Shown here one piece after another: positions 12,336 to 25,911 of a DNA stretch of 64,000 nt (within the stretch, counting starts at the first letter, position 1; every line of letters starts with the position of its first letter). The DNA comes from Takakia lepidozioides (taxonomy: Eukaryota; Plantae; Bryophyta). Position numbers and translations under genes: made by a program. Below the pieces are notes generated by a model, which ran no database searches, had not been told where the DNA came from, and saw only the letters and a list, made by a program, of their open reading frames with translations. The stretch is taken from contig CM060732.1 of assembly GCA_030704615.1 (NCBI GenBank), positions 34,348,001-34,412,000 of the forward strand. The letters run 5' to 3'.

Positions 12336-13277
12336 ATGTAAGGCCCAACAACTAAATGGTTAGTGAAAAAAAAATTGTCATGGAACTTCCCTTATCATTA
12401 AGGGGTTATCTATGTATACATACGACGACCGTAGTCAGCGTAAATAAGAGCCTCTTTCCTTTGCAGGTACTTTAGTGGGCTCTAAGTTATGGGAGGTTGG
12501 GTAGCGTGAGCAAGCTCATGCAAGCCCAGAGGCATATTCTGGATATTCCCCAAGAATACACAGACTATGCGATAGCAAAACCAAACCGTGCTCACGCGGA
12601 AAAAAAAATACAGAACTATCTGAAAATCGTGCTCACGCTAAAAAGCTTATGAAATTAATTGTCCAAAGCTCACGTTAGCACAAAGACCCACAAATATATC
12701 CACCAAAACTCAAAGGTCAGCGAAACATAAACAATATGGCATTGTGTAGAACATCCCCAAGAACCACCCAAAAAATGGATTTCGCCAGCAAAAGGCAAAT
12801 GCATATTGGGTTTTCGCCAGCTGAACTTGGATTTCACCAAAGAATCTCGAGTTTTTTTTTTTTAATAAATTTTCTCCCATAAGTAGGCATGATCCCCCCA
12901 CTACCGGGTGTGTGCCTTATGGCGTCATTGAGGGTTTTAATTTTTTCCCCTCCGATAATTCGAATAAATTTACCAGGGCCACGGTCCTGTTCTCCAAAAA
13001 ATAAATATATACATATATATATACTATGTAGACCTATCATCCCAGAAAGACCCTATGTCTGTCTGTATTTCCGCTGGCATACATATCACCCCCATAATCG
13101 TGGAGCGGCGTTTTATTTTTGTGCTCACGCCATACCACTATATAAAAACTCTTCTAAAAAACTGCGAATAATTAGAAAAGGTGAGATCGAACGTCATGTC
13201 GATGAGACGTGTTCATCTGTAAATTAGACTCAATTGGCTTAACCATTTAGGAATTTCCGTAAAATGCAGATTTTTTT

Positions 13278-13495
13278 TTAATAAAGGGAAACACCTGGGA
13301 GCGACACCTCACAAATCGGGCCCCTTAGTAGTGAGAGGAGAAAATAACCTTTTTCATTTATGCGCCATGGAGGCGAATGAGTGGGACACCGCCCAGGAAC
13401 CCTACCACACCAGTCAGTAGCAAGATTTGACCCCAGAATCATCTGGGTGGCACTCAGTGCACTTAACCAACTGAGCTACTGACTGTTGGTGTTTT
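13278..13495 (-). mobile_element. tRNA-derived SINE, family A
   Basis: The reverse complement begins AGTAGCTCAGTTGGTTAAGTGCAC and ends GTCGCTCCCAGGTGTTTCCCTTTAT, homologous to 2430-2620. Confidence 0.8.
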
Positions 13496-13938
13496 TCTTA
13501 TTTTGCAAAGCCTGCGAAGTTGTAGAGTCGCCGGCTTTTCATGCTAAAGAAACATGTTCTCTTCAAAAAAACAACAAAACAACAAAAGAAATCTTCTTCC
13601 AATGACATGTAAAAGACACATCGTCATCGGCCCAGTTTTTTGCCGAGCAAGTCTTGGGCACACATGACACGTTTTTCAAACGCCCAAGCCTCCGCATGTG
13701 AGAGAGTCTATCTCATATGACCGAGCGAGCTAGCAGTAAGTACAGAGAGGCTTCCCCGTTTGTGTTCCAATTAGCAGGACGGTAACGAGATGTAGACCCA
13801 TTCTTTTTAGGGATCTATACACACCTTCATCGGTCCTTCAGTGCAACTGGACGAATACGATAACAAACGACAGGTATGGGTGGTCCAACGAACTAAAACC
13901 CCTGAACCCCATGTGTGCGTGTGGAGGGGAGGTAAGGG

Positions 13939-16900
13939 ATGATGGCTATGGCTGCCAGGTTGAGTGTGCCCCTGGCTGTGCTGCGGGCTCCTCTCTCTTT
14001 CAGGAAGGCTCAAATCAAGCCCAGTTTCCCTCATGGAGGGAAACTGTGGAGGCAGCCATTGTCTGGGCAAGTTCATCTCCCCTTCTCCAAAAGTGCCTCG
14101 TCCCAAAGAAGGCTTCCGGTTTGTTCCACAGCGCCTGCCACGATTGCAATGCCGGAAGCCTCAAGCTCTAATTTCAGTCTGAGTGGGGAGATTCTTGAGT
14201 GGATCAAGCGCTCGCATGAATGCGGTACTTTGGGCGAGAAGAATATTGGAGAGAGGGTCTGCATTTGTGGGTGGGTGGCATCCCAGCGTAGCCATGGCGC
14301 TATCGCCTTTGTCAATCTGCGTGACCACACTGGCATTGTCCAGGTATTTTTCAATTTCAACTTCCTCGATCTTTTGATGGTCAATTGAGTTGGATGGGAG
14401 AAATTGGGCACCGCATTCCAGTGCCAAATTGTGTCTCTTAGGCATGGACGTCAGCCTGTAGTTTATGCGATTCTTATGTTCAAGCAGTGGAATGAGTTGA
14501 TGAGACGTGGGGCGGATTGTAGGTCACGTCAGATCCAGTAAACTTTGCAGAGTGTCATGAATTGGCTGAGCGCGTGCGAATCGAGTATGTTGTAGCTGTT
14601 GAAGGCACAGTGCGTGAGAGACCTAAGGATGTTGTCAATCCGCGCATGGTCACCGGAGCTGTGGAGGTGCTGCTGTTTAACTTGAATCCCAGCTTTGATT
14701 TGTATACATGGAGCTGAATTGTAGAAATAGAGGATGTTGACGCAGGGCGCTTTTCCTTGAAGACTTGATTCTTAGTTTTCTGCTCTCATCCTGATTGCTT
14801 GGGAGAATGCTGAGGCCCACTTACGGCATTACCTAACGATAACTCAAATCATATGTGCTTAGCGAATTTTATTGGCTGAACAAATTGGGATCATCTCGGC
14901 GCATTTTACGCCCGTCCAAACACGCCCGTCCAAACCAGCATTGTCCAGTGAAACTGACCTGACTCTTGGGTGGGGTGCGAAGTAGGTTGTGGCAGAAAAC
15001 ATTCGAGTGCTGAATCAAGTGCGAGTGGCACTACCGTTCTTAGTGACGACTGCCGAGGACTCCAAGGATGTGCCCACAGAAGAAATCCGTCTCAGGTTCG
15101 CCCTTCCTGTAGTCTTTACTATGCTTCCGATCATTTGATACCTTTTGCCTCAAGTAAAATGCTTCAACTTATCAAAAGCCAGAAGGAAGTATGAAATGGG
15201 TTATAGATGATGGCAGGTATCGACACCTCGACCTTCGGCGAGCTCAGATGAGCAAAAATTTGCGTCTCCGGCACACCATCATCAAGCTCATTCGGCGATA
15301 TTTAGAGGATGTTCATGATTTTGTTGAGGTCCGTCACATTTCCATCATCAGGTTGTTATCCCCCTGTGTAAGGCCTTGCAATCATTAAGCCTGGCATTAG
15401 GGGGACTCAAACATCCCTTGGTTTGGTTGCAGTACTTAGCTACAGTCATGTTTCATGTGCAGTTTTTAGTAAACTCATAAAAGTTCATTTGGGGCCAGAT
15501 TGAGACCCCCATTCTGACAAGGTCAACACCAGAAGGTGCACGCGACTATCTTGTTCCATCACGTGTCCAGGTGCCAAACTGGGTTTTTACCAACCTTTTT
15601 TAAAGTTGTGTCTCAGCGTAGTGTGGTTCCACTGCGGGTTCTGCATACTGAATCGGCTATCCCTTTTCAACTTATGTCAACTTAACTAATGCTTTCTTTG
15701 TAAGTCATTGTGGAAGTTGGGGATATAGTTTTTTAAAATGCAAATTTCTGAAGTCCATTAAGAAGAGGTACTGAAAGCGATATATCATTCATGCCACACC
15801 GTAATGTATAAATGATAATATCTCGTGAGGGTCATATCCCTTCAAGCTTATGTCATAGCCAACATGCAGTGAGTGCATCTCACTCTCCCTTTGTCACATG
15901 TATTTTCATGGAGGATGTAAGCCAAGGTGTAGCTCTCCACAAGAAAGGGAAAACCTTAAGAGTTAGTTTTGCAATTTCTTCCATTTGTATCTCACCTCAC
16001 TTCCACCCAAGCACAGAGGGTTCATGATGCTTTGGGGGTGGGGGTGGGGGGGGCGTGGACAGCCAGGTGACTTCTATGCGCTGCCACAGAGTCCACAGCT
16101 GTTTAAGCAGATGCTAATGGTGTCAGGGTTTGACAGATACTACCAACTTGCACGGTACACAGGACCTGAAATTGAAGGGTGGTACAAGGGGAAGTTGCTT
16201 GCATGGACGGATTTAAGGGGACTATTGAGTTATTTGGGAGACCGATGGAAATCAATGCTCATGATTGTTTGTTTCAGGCCACTTTAAACTCATGACCTTA
16301 TTGAGGTCTTTATATGGTTTTATGACATCTCTGAGGCTGAGACTGAGGTTTGAAAACAGTCCAAACCTTGTCCAAAAGTGAAAACACAGACAAGAGAAAA
16401 TGGCTATCATGCACTATAAGAAGTTTACAGAACCAAATTATCTCAGTTTAAAGGAAAATGTTTCTAGAAGAGTCGTATGTGTTTGACTGTGCAGATGTTT
16501 TAGAGATGAAGACTTGAGAGCAGACAGGCAGCCAGAATTTACCCAGCTGGATATGGAACTTTCATTTACACCCCTAGAGGACATGCTGACGCTTAATGAG
16601 GGTCTCATGAGACATGTAAGCTTTCACATATGACCTGTGCAGCTTTACACCCTGTTGGATTTTCATTTGTCACAGCTTTATGCCCTTTTTCAGTCCTTCC
16701 TCCTGTGATGAGTACTTGAAGGGCTACCCCACCATGCTCTCCCTCCCTCCCTCTCTTTCTCTCTTTCTTTCTCTTCTGTTCAATGGTACATTTGTCTTCA
16801 GTCCAGCAAGTTTAATTCTCAATCCTGTCGCCAAATTTGGCAGTTCTATATTAGATTGTCCAAGCATTGGATTGTGCTGAATGTACGCTGCATGACATTG

Positions 16901-19900
16901 ATGAGTACATAAAAGCAAGAGTATCTCTGTTCTATGGCCTCTCATGGCCCTGTCGACTTCATAATGTTTCTCTCCCTCTCTGCTAATGTTTTGCAGTTTT
17001 AGAAGAGGTCTGATCATGTTAGATGAGGGTGAATGTCATGATCAGAGTGATAGATACTGCAGAGAGGCTTGTAATGAAATCTCTGTCTACATCGTATGAA
17101 GCCTTAAATGGCATATTTCATTCTGGCCTCAGGTGTTTAAAGAAGTAAAGGGGATTGATCTCCCAGACCCTTTTCCAAGACTTACATATGCAGAAGCGAT
17201 GGGGCGCTTTGGTTCGGATAAGCCTGATCTTCGCTACAGCTTGGAACTTGCTGAGGTGAATTGTAAGCTCTGTGCCTCTCAAAATTTATTTGTTGGGGTT
17301 GACAGCGTTCAAGACTCCTTGTTCACAAAGGCCTGTCTTAGCTTGATCTATCCCTCTGGATGAATTTAGTAGTAACATAGGGGCGAAATGCCAGACATAG
17401 AGACTGGAGTAGTCACAATAGAGGGGTGTGGTTACTCTATGGGGTAGGCCGATGAATTCTCTCGCAACAAAGAGGGTAGTGCAACCAAGAAAGCACCTAG
17501 TTACCTTGAGAAGTAAAAGAAATGATTTTTGGTTTTCCCAGATGGGATTACATGTAGATATGTGTGTTAGAATGTACTCAAAAGACGTTGTTTGCAGTAG
17601 CCTGATATGTGTGTTAGAAAGGATCTTCATGGTTCAATATTCAAGATCTCGTTTGAGCCTGGATCTGTATGCACTACTTGCACACTCAATCTTTATTAGG
17701 AAGTTCTGCCTCTATGATTGAAGGTCTCGGACTTCTACGTGGATTCAAGTTTGGCACCATTTGCTAGTGCGGTAGCTGCTGGAGGGATAGTGAAGGTGCT
17801 CAGTGTGCCAGGTGGTGCTTCTGCAATATCAGCCACTCGACTTAAGAAGGGAAATCTATACCAGCTAGCCATAAAGTCAGGGGCCAAGGGTCTGCCTTAC
17901 TTGAAGGTCCTTGAAGGGGGTAAGTTTCTTACAACTTTTTAACCTGTAGTCCCTTTCCATGACCAGGTGATGTCTTTGCAGTCCTTCGTAATGAGTTATG
18001 TGCTTGCAAACAATGACTGGACTGAGATACTTTAATGCTTTTGTCTGAGGACCTCTCAAAAGTGCATTCTGCAGCACACTACCGCAATATGGGTATAGGA
18101 TAGGGTGTAAGATGGGCTTAAGCAGTTACTGAACTGGTACCTAAGTGTTTTACAGGTACAATTTTGGTCCTTTCTCTCATTTGCTGTGCAGTACAACAGT
18201 GAAAACTTCCAGTGAATAATGGTGCGGTAGCAGGCAACAAGGTAGTTATCACCTTGGAGTATTGGTTCTTACTGGAAGGGATTCAATAGCTGTTATAGGA
18301 AGCAATTCATAGGGATGGATGGTTGTGCAGGTCAGCTTGACGGGCCGCCAGCCATCACGGAAAGTCTCAATACAGAGCAGAAAGAGGACTTGAGAGCACG
18401 GTGCAGGGCCAAACCAGGTGACCTCATTGTGTTTGCTGCTGGTCGGCCAACAACAGTGAACAAAACTCTGGATACTCTACGGACATTCCTTGCTGAAGAT
18501 TTGGGTATTGTGGATAAGGTCTCAATCCTGTCCCTCTACTCTTTATTTTAAAGAAAGGAGGAAACCCCCTTCATGAAACTTAGAAAAGGCAAAGACAACC
18601 ATGAAAGCAATGAAGCGCAAAGGTGAGAAATGTGCAAAGAGCCAGAAGCCACGTAGGCAATAAAGAGACTGAAGGATGCAGAAGGTGGAGAACAACATTC
18701 TAAGCTTCTTGAAGCACTAGCCACCTTCGGAGCGGAAAGAACCAAGCATGCTCACAATGAAACGACAGGAAGAAGAAGCTCCGACATGCTTTGATTGCAT
18801 CACGATGAGCAAAAAGATCCTGGTCTTACGAACAGACTGAAGGATGGTGAATCACTCCTACATATTATCATAGGCATGTTGAACCAGCCAGGTTACTGAA
18901 GGTAGCAGTGGAAAGCACTGAGGCAGAAGCCTTTATAGTGCAAACCTTAGACTCAACCTTAGACTCTGTGCAGGGTCTCCGTCTCTCCTTCCCTTCTTAC
19001 AGTGCCGCCACTTATCGTGCAAGCTCTTATCACTTATCTTACCACTTGTCACTTGCAAGCTCCTTTTCTGCCCTGGCAGTATCCCCATGCATGGCTGGGC
19101 GGACCGTGTAGTGTAACTTCTGACATACACTGCAGGTGGCTATTCTGGAGCATTCCATAGGGAACAGAGAAGATATTTCACAAGCAGTGCTGCAGCAATG
19201 TGGACATGGAAATTGAGAAATGACCCATGTTAGTGCAACTTGTCCTCCAGCCTTGTTCAAATGTAAAGAGAGTATTTGACATTATGCTATTATTGGATTG
19301 GAATTGCAGTCAGCACAATCAGTATTGTGGATTACAGACTTCCCAATGTTTGAGTGGAGTGATGATGACCAGAGGCTTGAGGTGAGCAAAACTTCTCTCA
19401 GATTTGTTCCTTGGACACAGGATGAATTCCAATCTAGAGAGACTGCCATGTTTTTTTCTGATAGCAGTTCTGAGTCAAAAGACATGATACTCCCATGGTC
19501 TGTACTGGTTTCTGACACTAGTGTTTTCTGCAAAGCAGGCACTGCACCATCCATTCACGGCGCCCCACCCCGAGGACATGGGCAACCTAAAAACTGCACG
19601 AGCTTTGGCCTATGACTTGGTCTACAATGGTGTTGAGGTTCTTTCTGTCTCTCTCGTTAGTACTGCAATGAACATCTTCTAGTATGACATTGATGCAAGC
19701 AATATGCAATATTTAGCGGATTTTCCTATATCTATGGGCAGTCATACTAAGTTTGTAAAGGTAACAGGGGGCTAGAAGGAAAGTCAATAAGTCTTTGACT
19801 ATCCTCATATATATTTCTCTTATAAGGCGGGTAGTACCAGGATCTGCAATTCACTGACAGTGACTTCGTTGTGCGGATTGGTGGGAGGAAGATTGGGGGC

Positions 19901-20915
19901 GGAAGTCTCAGAATCTACCGACGGGAGATTCAGGAGAGAGTGCTGGAAGTCATCGGGTTGACACTTGAGCAAGTGGGTAGTCATCTCTATGTTTTCTACT
20001 ATGAAAAGTTGGCACTCCTCAGACTCTTAACAGTACAGGCGTCATAGCTGAAGGTACAAGCAAAGTAACTGCCTGAAAAGCAATTTCTTGGGGTACCAGG
20101 CTGGAGCTTCCCATTCAGGGTAGTTCCACTACACAACACATGCAGTTTATTAAATAGGAGATGTGTCATGTGTGATATAAGCTGATGTTATTTTTTCAGC
20201 TTAACTTGACTTCATGTAAAGTGAAAACTGTTTACAAACATTTGGGAAGAGCCAGTAATTTGACCCTTGTTAAATGCAAGTGGACATCAGCCTAAACCTG
20301 TTCTCGCTTTGGTTCTTACGTTGCAGGCGGAAGAGAAGTTTGGATTTTTGCTGGAAGCGCTCGATCTTGGGGCTCCTCCACATGGTACCATTCTTTCCTC
20401 TTGAGTTTATAACATTGGGGCTGAAGTAAGCATTGCTGGAATGAATATCATGTTTTGAAGATTATGGCAACACCTGCCCTTACATGAACATCCAAGCTCC
20501 TGTAACAAGTCTGTTGTTGTGCTGGGACTTTACCCTGTGAAAGGTAGGCTCAGCCAATGTTAATAGGGAACAATCAAACAGGAGATATTAAACCTGTCAA
20601 ACTTGCTCATGACATACTTGAGTGAAGAGAGGTGAGAGGGTCCTACCTTATAGCTCTCTTATTGTGCATTTTCAGGATATAAGCCTAGGGTGTTTTTTTG
20701 ATGATGGGTTTGTCCGGCTTCGTGCAGGGGGCATAGCATATGGCATTGATCGTTTAGTAATGTTACTAGCTGGTGAGAGTTCCATCAGAGATGTGATTGC
20801 ATTTCCAAAGACAACAACAGCACGGTGTTCATTAACGGGCGCACCTGCAACAGTTGATCCAATGCAATTAAGTCAACTGTCCCTCACAATAAGCTCCCAT
20901 GGTGACACACCTTGA
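13939..20915 (+). CDS. aspartyl-tRNA synthetase, bacterial-type chloroplast/mitochondrial (with transit peptide and GAD insertion)
   Basis: Fifteen phase-consistent exons: 13939-14343, 14523-14666, 14986-15095, 15217-15328, 15499-15570, 16063-16154, 16495-16615, 17133-17255, 17724-17919, 18331-18518, 19310-19381, 19539-19637, 19892-19972, 20327-20384, 20728-20915. Motifs [80 protein letters not shown]. Confidence 0.96.
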
Positions 20916-21635
20916 AAATTGCTTGAAAGCAATTAGGTTTTTCCCGATTGCATGCAACTGTTGTTTTCTATGGACTATACCCTGAATATGAATCACAATG
21001 TGACCTATGGTATAGGTGTAGCAGTCAACCCTAATGAGTATCCCATCGACCATGAACGCCTTTAGTACCTTCCATCTGGGGCCTTCCAACTCATGAGTTA
21101 ACTTCAGTTATTTGCGGCCGCGTGAAGTCCGGGTTTTGCTGTAGGGATTGCCTGCCCCGTTTGCTTGCTCAGGTCAATCATAGATTGTGAAGATGTCGGA
21201 AGGGTCGGAATGTGTGCGTAAGCACATTCCCAAGAAAGTGGTCCGAAAATCCAGGCATACCATGACCCTTGCTTTGGAAGCGCTTGACACTCTTCTTCCT
21301 ACCGGACCATACCCCCAAGAGACAATTGATGGTCACTACTTCTCTTTGCCCTATTGACTTCTACACATTACATATTGAATTTTCTTTGGAATTTATTTTT
21401 TGATTTAGCATACAACCATGAGACATGATGCTTGTTGACAAGACCTGGAGAGACTTTGGTTGAAATCTCCGGTCTAGTCACTGATTATTCTTTCCCCTGT
21501 CTAGGTGTTGAGTTGCAATTTTTATTTCAAATGATTCTAATTAGGCCCTAGATTCAATTCTAATAATCTACAGGCAGTATATCTAGATATGTACAAGTTA
21601 TCCAAAGTGCGATCTTCACACCGAGAAAGCTGTAC

Positions 21636-23170
21636 TAGTGTTGGGGAGTATGTTGAATCGGGACCTAATATCTTGCGGATACAGATCCGGATATATGCCT
21701 ATTTAACCCGTGGTTCTCGAAATAAGGAACTAAGGAACTACAGGTATTTAGTTTTAACTTGGATAAAAAGTCCCTTCAAATATCTGTGTCAGATATTCCA
21801 TGAGATATGCGAGTTGAACTACAAGATATAGCTTGACCTAAAGCGGAGATAGCTTGACTTAAAGCACTGCCAAAAAACTTTGTTTGTATTTATAGTGCCG
21901 TTGAAACATGGAATTCATCTGGGTGCATTCCGCATTCATCGGGGTCGCATTCCACCTGGATCAGCTCCCTCAGGTGCATTTTGAAATGCAGAATGCACTG
22001 GCCATTAGATTTTTTTTTAAACAATTTCTTTACCCAGAGGGCATTGGAGGGCATTACCCTAGACATAAATCTTGCTAGTATCAGGAACTGGAGATTCTCT
22101 AGATGAGACAGGCCAGTTCCTGTTTTTTGAGGTTATTGTTAGTATATGGAACTCTAGGATACATCTTGATATAAAACTTGCTGGTATCCGAAAGTGGAGG
22201 TTCTTCATTTTCCAAAGCTTGAAAAAGCCGGAGCCGGGGATAGGACAGAAATCAAATATCCGCCAAAAACTGGTAAATACCTACAATGGGCTAAAACTAG
22301 ATGTGGCGGGAAACCAACGACCGTAATTGTGTCAAGTGCCCTAGATTTGAATCAGTTTTGGGGAGATATTTTGAGTTTTGTCATATCCCTTGGTGACTGG
22401 TTTTCCAAGCTTGTTGGAAAACTAAGAACCGGATAGCAAGAGTTATGTCAAGATATATCCTATGGTCCGGATACTAGCCGCGCAATAACCTCAAGGAACC
22501 GATCAAATATCCAGCAATTTCTTCACATATCTTTGAAGGGATATTTGAGCAGTTATTTCCACCTAAAATTCTTTTTTAAAATTTAAAATAGGTCTATATC
22601 AGTGTTGGACTGGTATCAAGTTTTTTACATACCAGTCTGGTCCTGGTACCAGGCGTATCACAAAGTTTTCATACCAGTCTGGTCTATGTAATGGTGGATG
22701 TATATTTGTCCAAATACTGGTATGAGTATGAGTATCATGACCACAATACCAGCTGGTATGAGGTAGCAACTCTGGTATCATCTTTTATGTGTATTGTATT
22801 TATTTTCACTTGATATTTGCTATTTGATACACTTGTAATTCAAAGATGGCTTTAGAAGTAAATATACATAAATACAAATGTATAGGCAAATGTACACATA
22901 ATTTAATATGGTACACACACCAGAGTAAATGAGGTAGACTGCGGGGGAGTACTGGTATTGTGGCTGGTATGAAAAAACTGATACCAGCCTGGTCTGGTAT
23001 ATGACCAAGTACTCTCCCAAACGATACCAGACTTGGTCTGGTATCTAATACCAGTGCATATACCAGTACTTTATACCAGTCCTTCACCTATATACCAGTC
23101 CAACACTGGTTTATATCCGGATCCCTAATCTGGCGGATAATAAGTCCCAAATCACAGATTTCTATCGACA
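21636..23170. mobile_element. older hAT-like non-autonomous element (CCGGAT subterminal repeats) hosting a nested MITE
   Basis: Left end TAGTGTTGGGG. The left subterminal segment AATCGGGACCTAATATCTTGCGGATACAGATCCGG resembles the reverse complement of 23117-23155. The right end is degenerate and no TSD was recognised. Confidence 0.5.
22600..23108. mobile_element. hAT-type MITE with CTGGTAT/ATACCAG subterminal repeats
   Basis: TIR CAGTGTTGGACTGGTAT...ATACCAGTCCAACACTG. 8-bp TSD GTCTATAT (22592-22599) / GTTTATAT (23109-23116), one mismatch. Confidence 0.88.
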
Positions 23171-24114
23171 AAGGTTATTAAATGGAAAGAACAGCTCCAC
23201 CTTTATGCTTTGGCCTCCACGAGATCTGTGTGCAAAATTACCGTTGAAGTTGGCCCAAGACCAGCCCAAGAGTGCTAGAAATTGGGCCCAGATTTCTTGG
23301 GCTTGGGCCTAGCGTAAAGCCGCCCTAAGTCTAGGTTGATCTTCCATAGATATGGTAGTACTTGGCAATTTCGACACAAATTATAATATTTCAAAGATTG
23401 TTGAAAATTTTGGAAATTGATTTTGTGAAATTAAATAACTTTGTGAATGATAATAAAGCATCTTTGGAAATATTCCACATGTTGAAATGAAATTCTCAAA
23501 ATAAAATAAATATTTGATAGATGATTGTTGAACTTGCCAATGTACTACGGATTCTTTTGAAGGTCCAAAAATAAGAGATGGAGGGTCGGACGAATGGGAT
23601 GGCACAGAAAGGGGTAGACAGTTTGTTTGTTCTACCTTAACCTCCTACCGATCCGGCTCCTCCATTTGTTGTGCTTCCATATGCACCCTGTGCTTCCCTG
23701 TTCTAGGGCTATTCACAAATTTACTGGTCTCCTCAACTAGAAACTAATCTCGAATTACTACTTGCTCTCCTTACTTATTCAGGTCACCCTCGGCTTCATG
23801 TGTAGCCAAGACTATTTTCTTCACACTTCTTTGGAATCTCCAACATGGTATCCCATGTGTTTAGGCCTCAAGGCAACCTTCCGGTATGTAAGGTATTAAT
23901 TTTTTCCCTATAATAATTATTAATAAAATTCTCAGGGTCACTATCCCCTGTTCTGTTAAAAAAAATAAAAACACCTTGAAATGAAGTTTTTTATTTCTAC
24001 AAATTTCTAAAACCGAGCGGTGGATGTGTGCATGTAATGCTCACACAAAAACAAAGTGAATTGTTTTTTATAATTTTATTAATTCTACTAAGTTTACAAT
24101 TTGGGCCTATTTAC

Positions 24115-24706
24115 CATTGTTGGGCGGATATAGAATCATCAGGATATCAATAGTAGGATATCAACCCGGATATCAATGTATCCGGATCCGGATCCAGCAA
24201 CTATTTGATATCTGGCTATTATTTATATCCGGTGGATACATAAAACGGAGGATCCGGATAGGATCCTACCCGCCGGATATAAAAAGGTTTAATAACCGGG
24301 TTGTATCCGGATATGTAGCCAAAATACCGGATCTCGACCGGATACAAGAAAATAAATTAATATTTTATAAATTAATAAATTAATATGTTATTAGAATTTT
24401 AATAATTTAATTGATTAAAAATAAAAATACGAGTAAATTTCAATAAAATTAAATCAGGGCTACAATCCAATATATTTCATGATTATTTATATCTGGATTA
24501 CTCTATAACTGCCTGATATTAAAATCAAAATATCCGGACTGATTTATATCCGGTAGATTTTTTAAAAGCTTTCAATATGCATAACCGGCAGATATTAGAA
24601 ATACAAATTATTCTAATATTCTAATCCGTAGGATATATCATTCTCTAATTTGTCAAGTATCCGGACCCTGTGGATATAAAAAAAAACTAAGAACCGCCCA
24701 ACACTG
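24115..24706. mobile_element. hAT-type MITE with CCGGATAT subterminal repeats
   Basis: Termini CATTGTTGGGCGG...CCGCCCAACACTG. Perfect 8-bp TSD CTATTTAC at 24107-24114 and 24707-24714. Confidence 0.88.
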
Positions 24707-25294
24707 CTATTTACCTTCCACGTCTCATCAACGAGCTGTTTTCAGGCCCAAAATGTGATGTAGTTATCTTAGATATTTTTTGTAGGTCGTAGCTTCTGCT
24801 TTTTTTTTTTAAATCTTGCATCATACCTTGTCCTTGGAGGTATCACAGGCCTCACGCTTGTGCATTCAAGATGCTATTAATCTAAAATGAGAGGCGTCCA
24901 AAAAGCTTCATGAGTGGTTCCATGAGAGCAGATATACTGAAATTAGGTGGAAGTGAAAATTCACAAGGACCCTAGGACCCTACAGGATTAAACACAGTGG
25001 TAGGCGCCCATTACCGCTGTGCTACCCGAGAAAGAAATACGAACTAGTTTGGCTATACGAGAGCCGGATGGAGAAATGGATGCGGAGAAATGGATGCATC
25101 AACAAAGCCAATTGTAAGATTAGCATGGGTTCCGTGGAGAGCTCTCTGAATTTTAGTCATGGTTAATTAGAATTACCTACTTCTAGTTAATTAGGACATT
25201 TTGGATATTTATATTTGTATGAAATGGAGGGTACATTTTTCGTTAATAATATTCGTGAGCATGTGAGCATCCGGCTCCTCCAGACTCACTCGTT

Positions 25295-25702
25295 TTTGAA
25301 TCTCTGGGTATTAGAGCCCTTTGGACTATTTACTTTCTTTCGTTCTATAAAAAGTCTACTAAAATATCTTTGTGGAAAGAGCAAGCCTTAACAGTCCGTC
25401 TCTCTCATCCTCGCTGCAGACGTCGTAGTTGAGTCCTCCTCTCGAAAGCCTCCTCTGTATCTAGACTGAAACAGAGCCTTGTAGAGAAGCTACGTTGTCT
25501 CTTAGAGACTCGAGAGCTAATCAGAGTTGCTTGTATAGGATATTGCACCTTGCACTCTGTGATTGCAGGAGAACAATCCAGGTTCATTTCACTCGTCTAA
25601 ACCCTAAACACAGTGAGTATCGTTATATAAATTAGTCTAAGCAGCTGAGACTGACCTTGAAATCGTGAGGCTCTTCGTCAAGCTACAGTGTTCCTCTGCC
25701 TT
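25295..25702. repeat. region upstream of the P450, present as an inverted diverged copy at 38063-38458
   Basis: Collinear matching blocks with the reverse complement of 38063-38458, e.g. GGTATTAGA, ACGTCGTAGT, ATATTGCACCTTGCAC, AACAATCCAGGTTCATTTCACTC, TATATAAATTAGTCTAAG, CGTCAAGCTACAGTGT. Confidence 0.8.
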
Positions 25703-25911
25703 CTCTCTCTTTGCTGCTTCGCATGGCATGCATAGTGTACACATCTTTGCCGTTGCCACCCTGTAGTATGATAGTTGACCACGTAAAACTAAACTAGTGC
25801 AAAAAACTTTTATCTAACTCAGCACGGGGATTTCATAAGCTATTGCATACTGCCCTCCCAGTATCATGGATCATAACATGTCCACAGATGTAATATCTAG
25901 CTGTCTGCAGG

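Noticed and set aside
22600-24706. CRISPR-like or iteron arrays suggested by dense short repeats
   Set aside because: Irregular spacing, both orientations, and bounded by TIRs and TSDs. These are hAT subterminal repeats in eukaryotic DNA.
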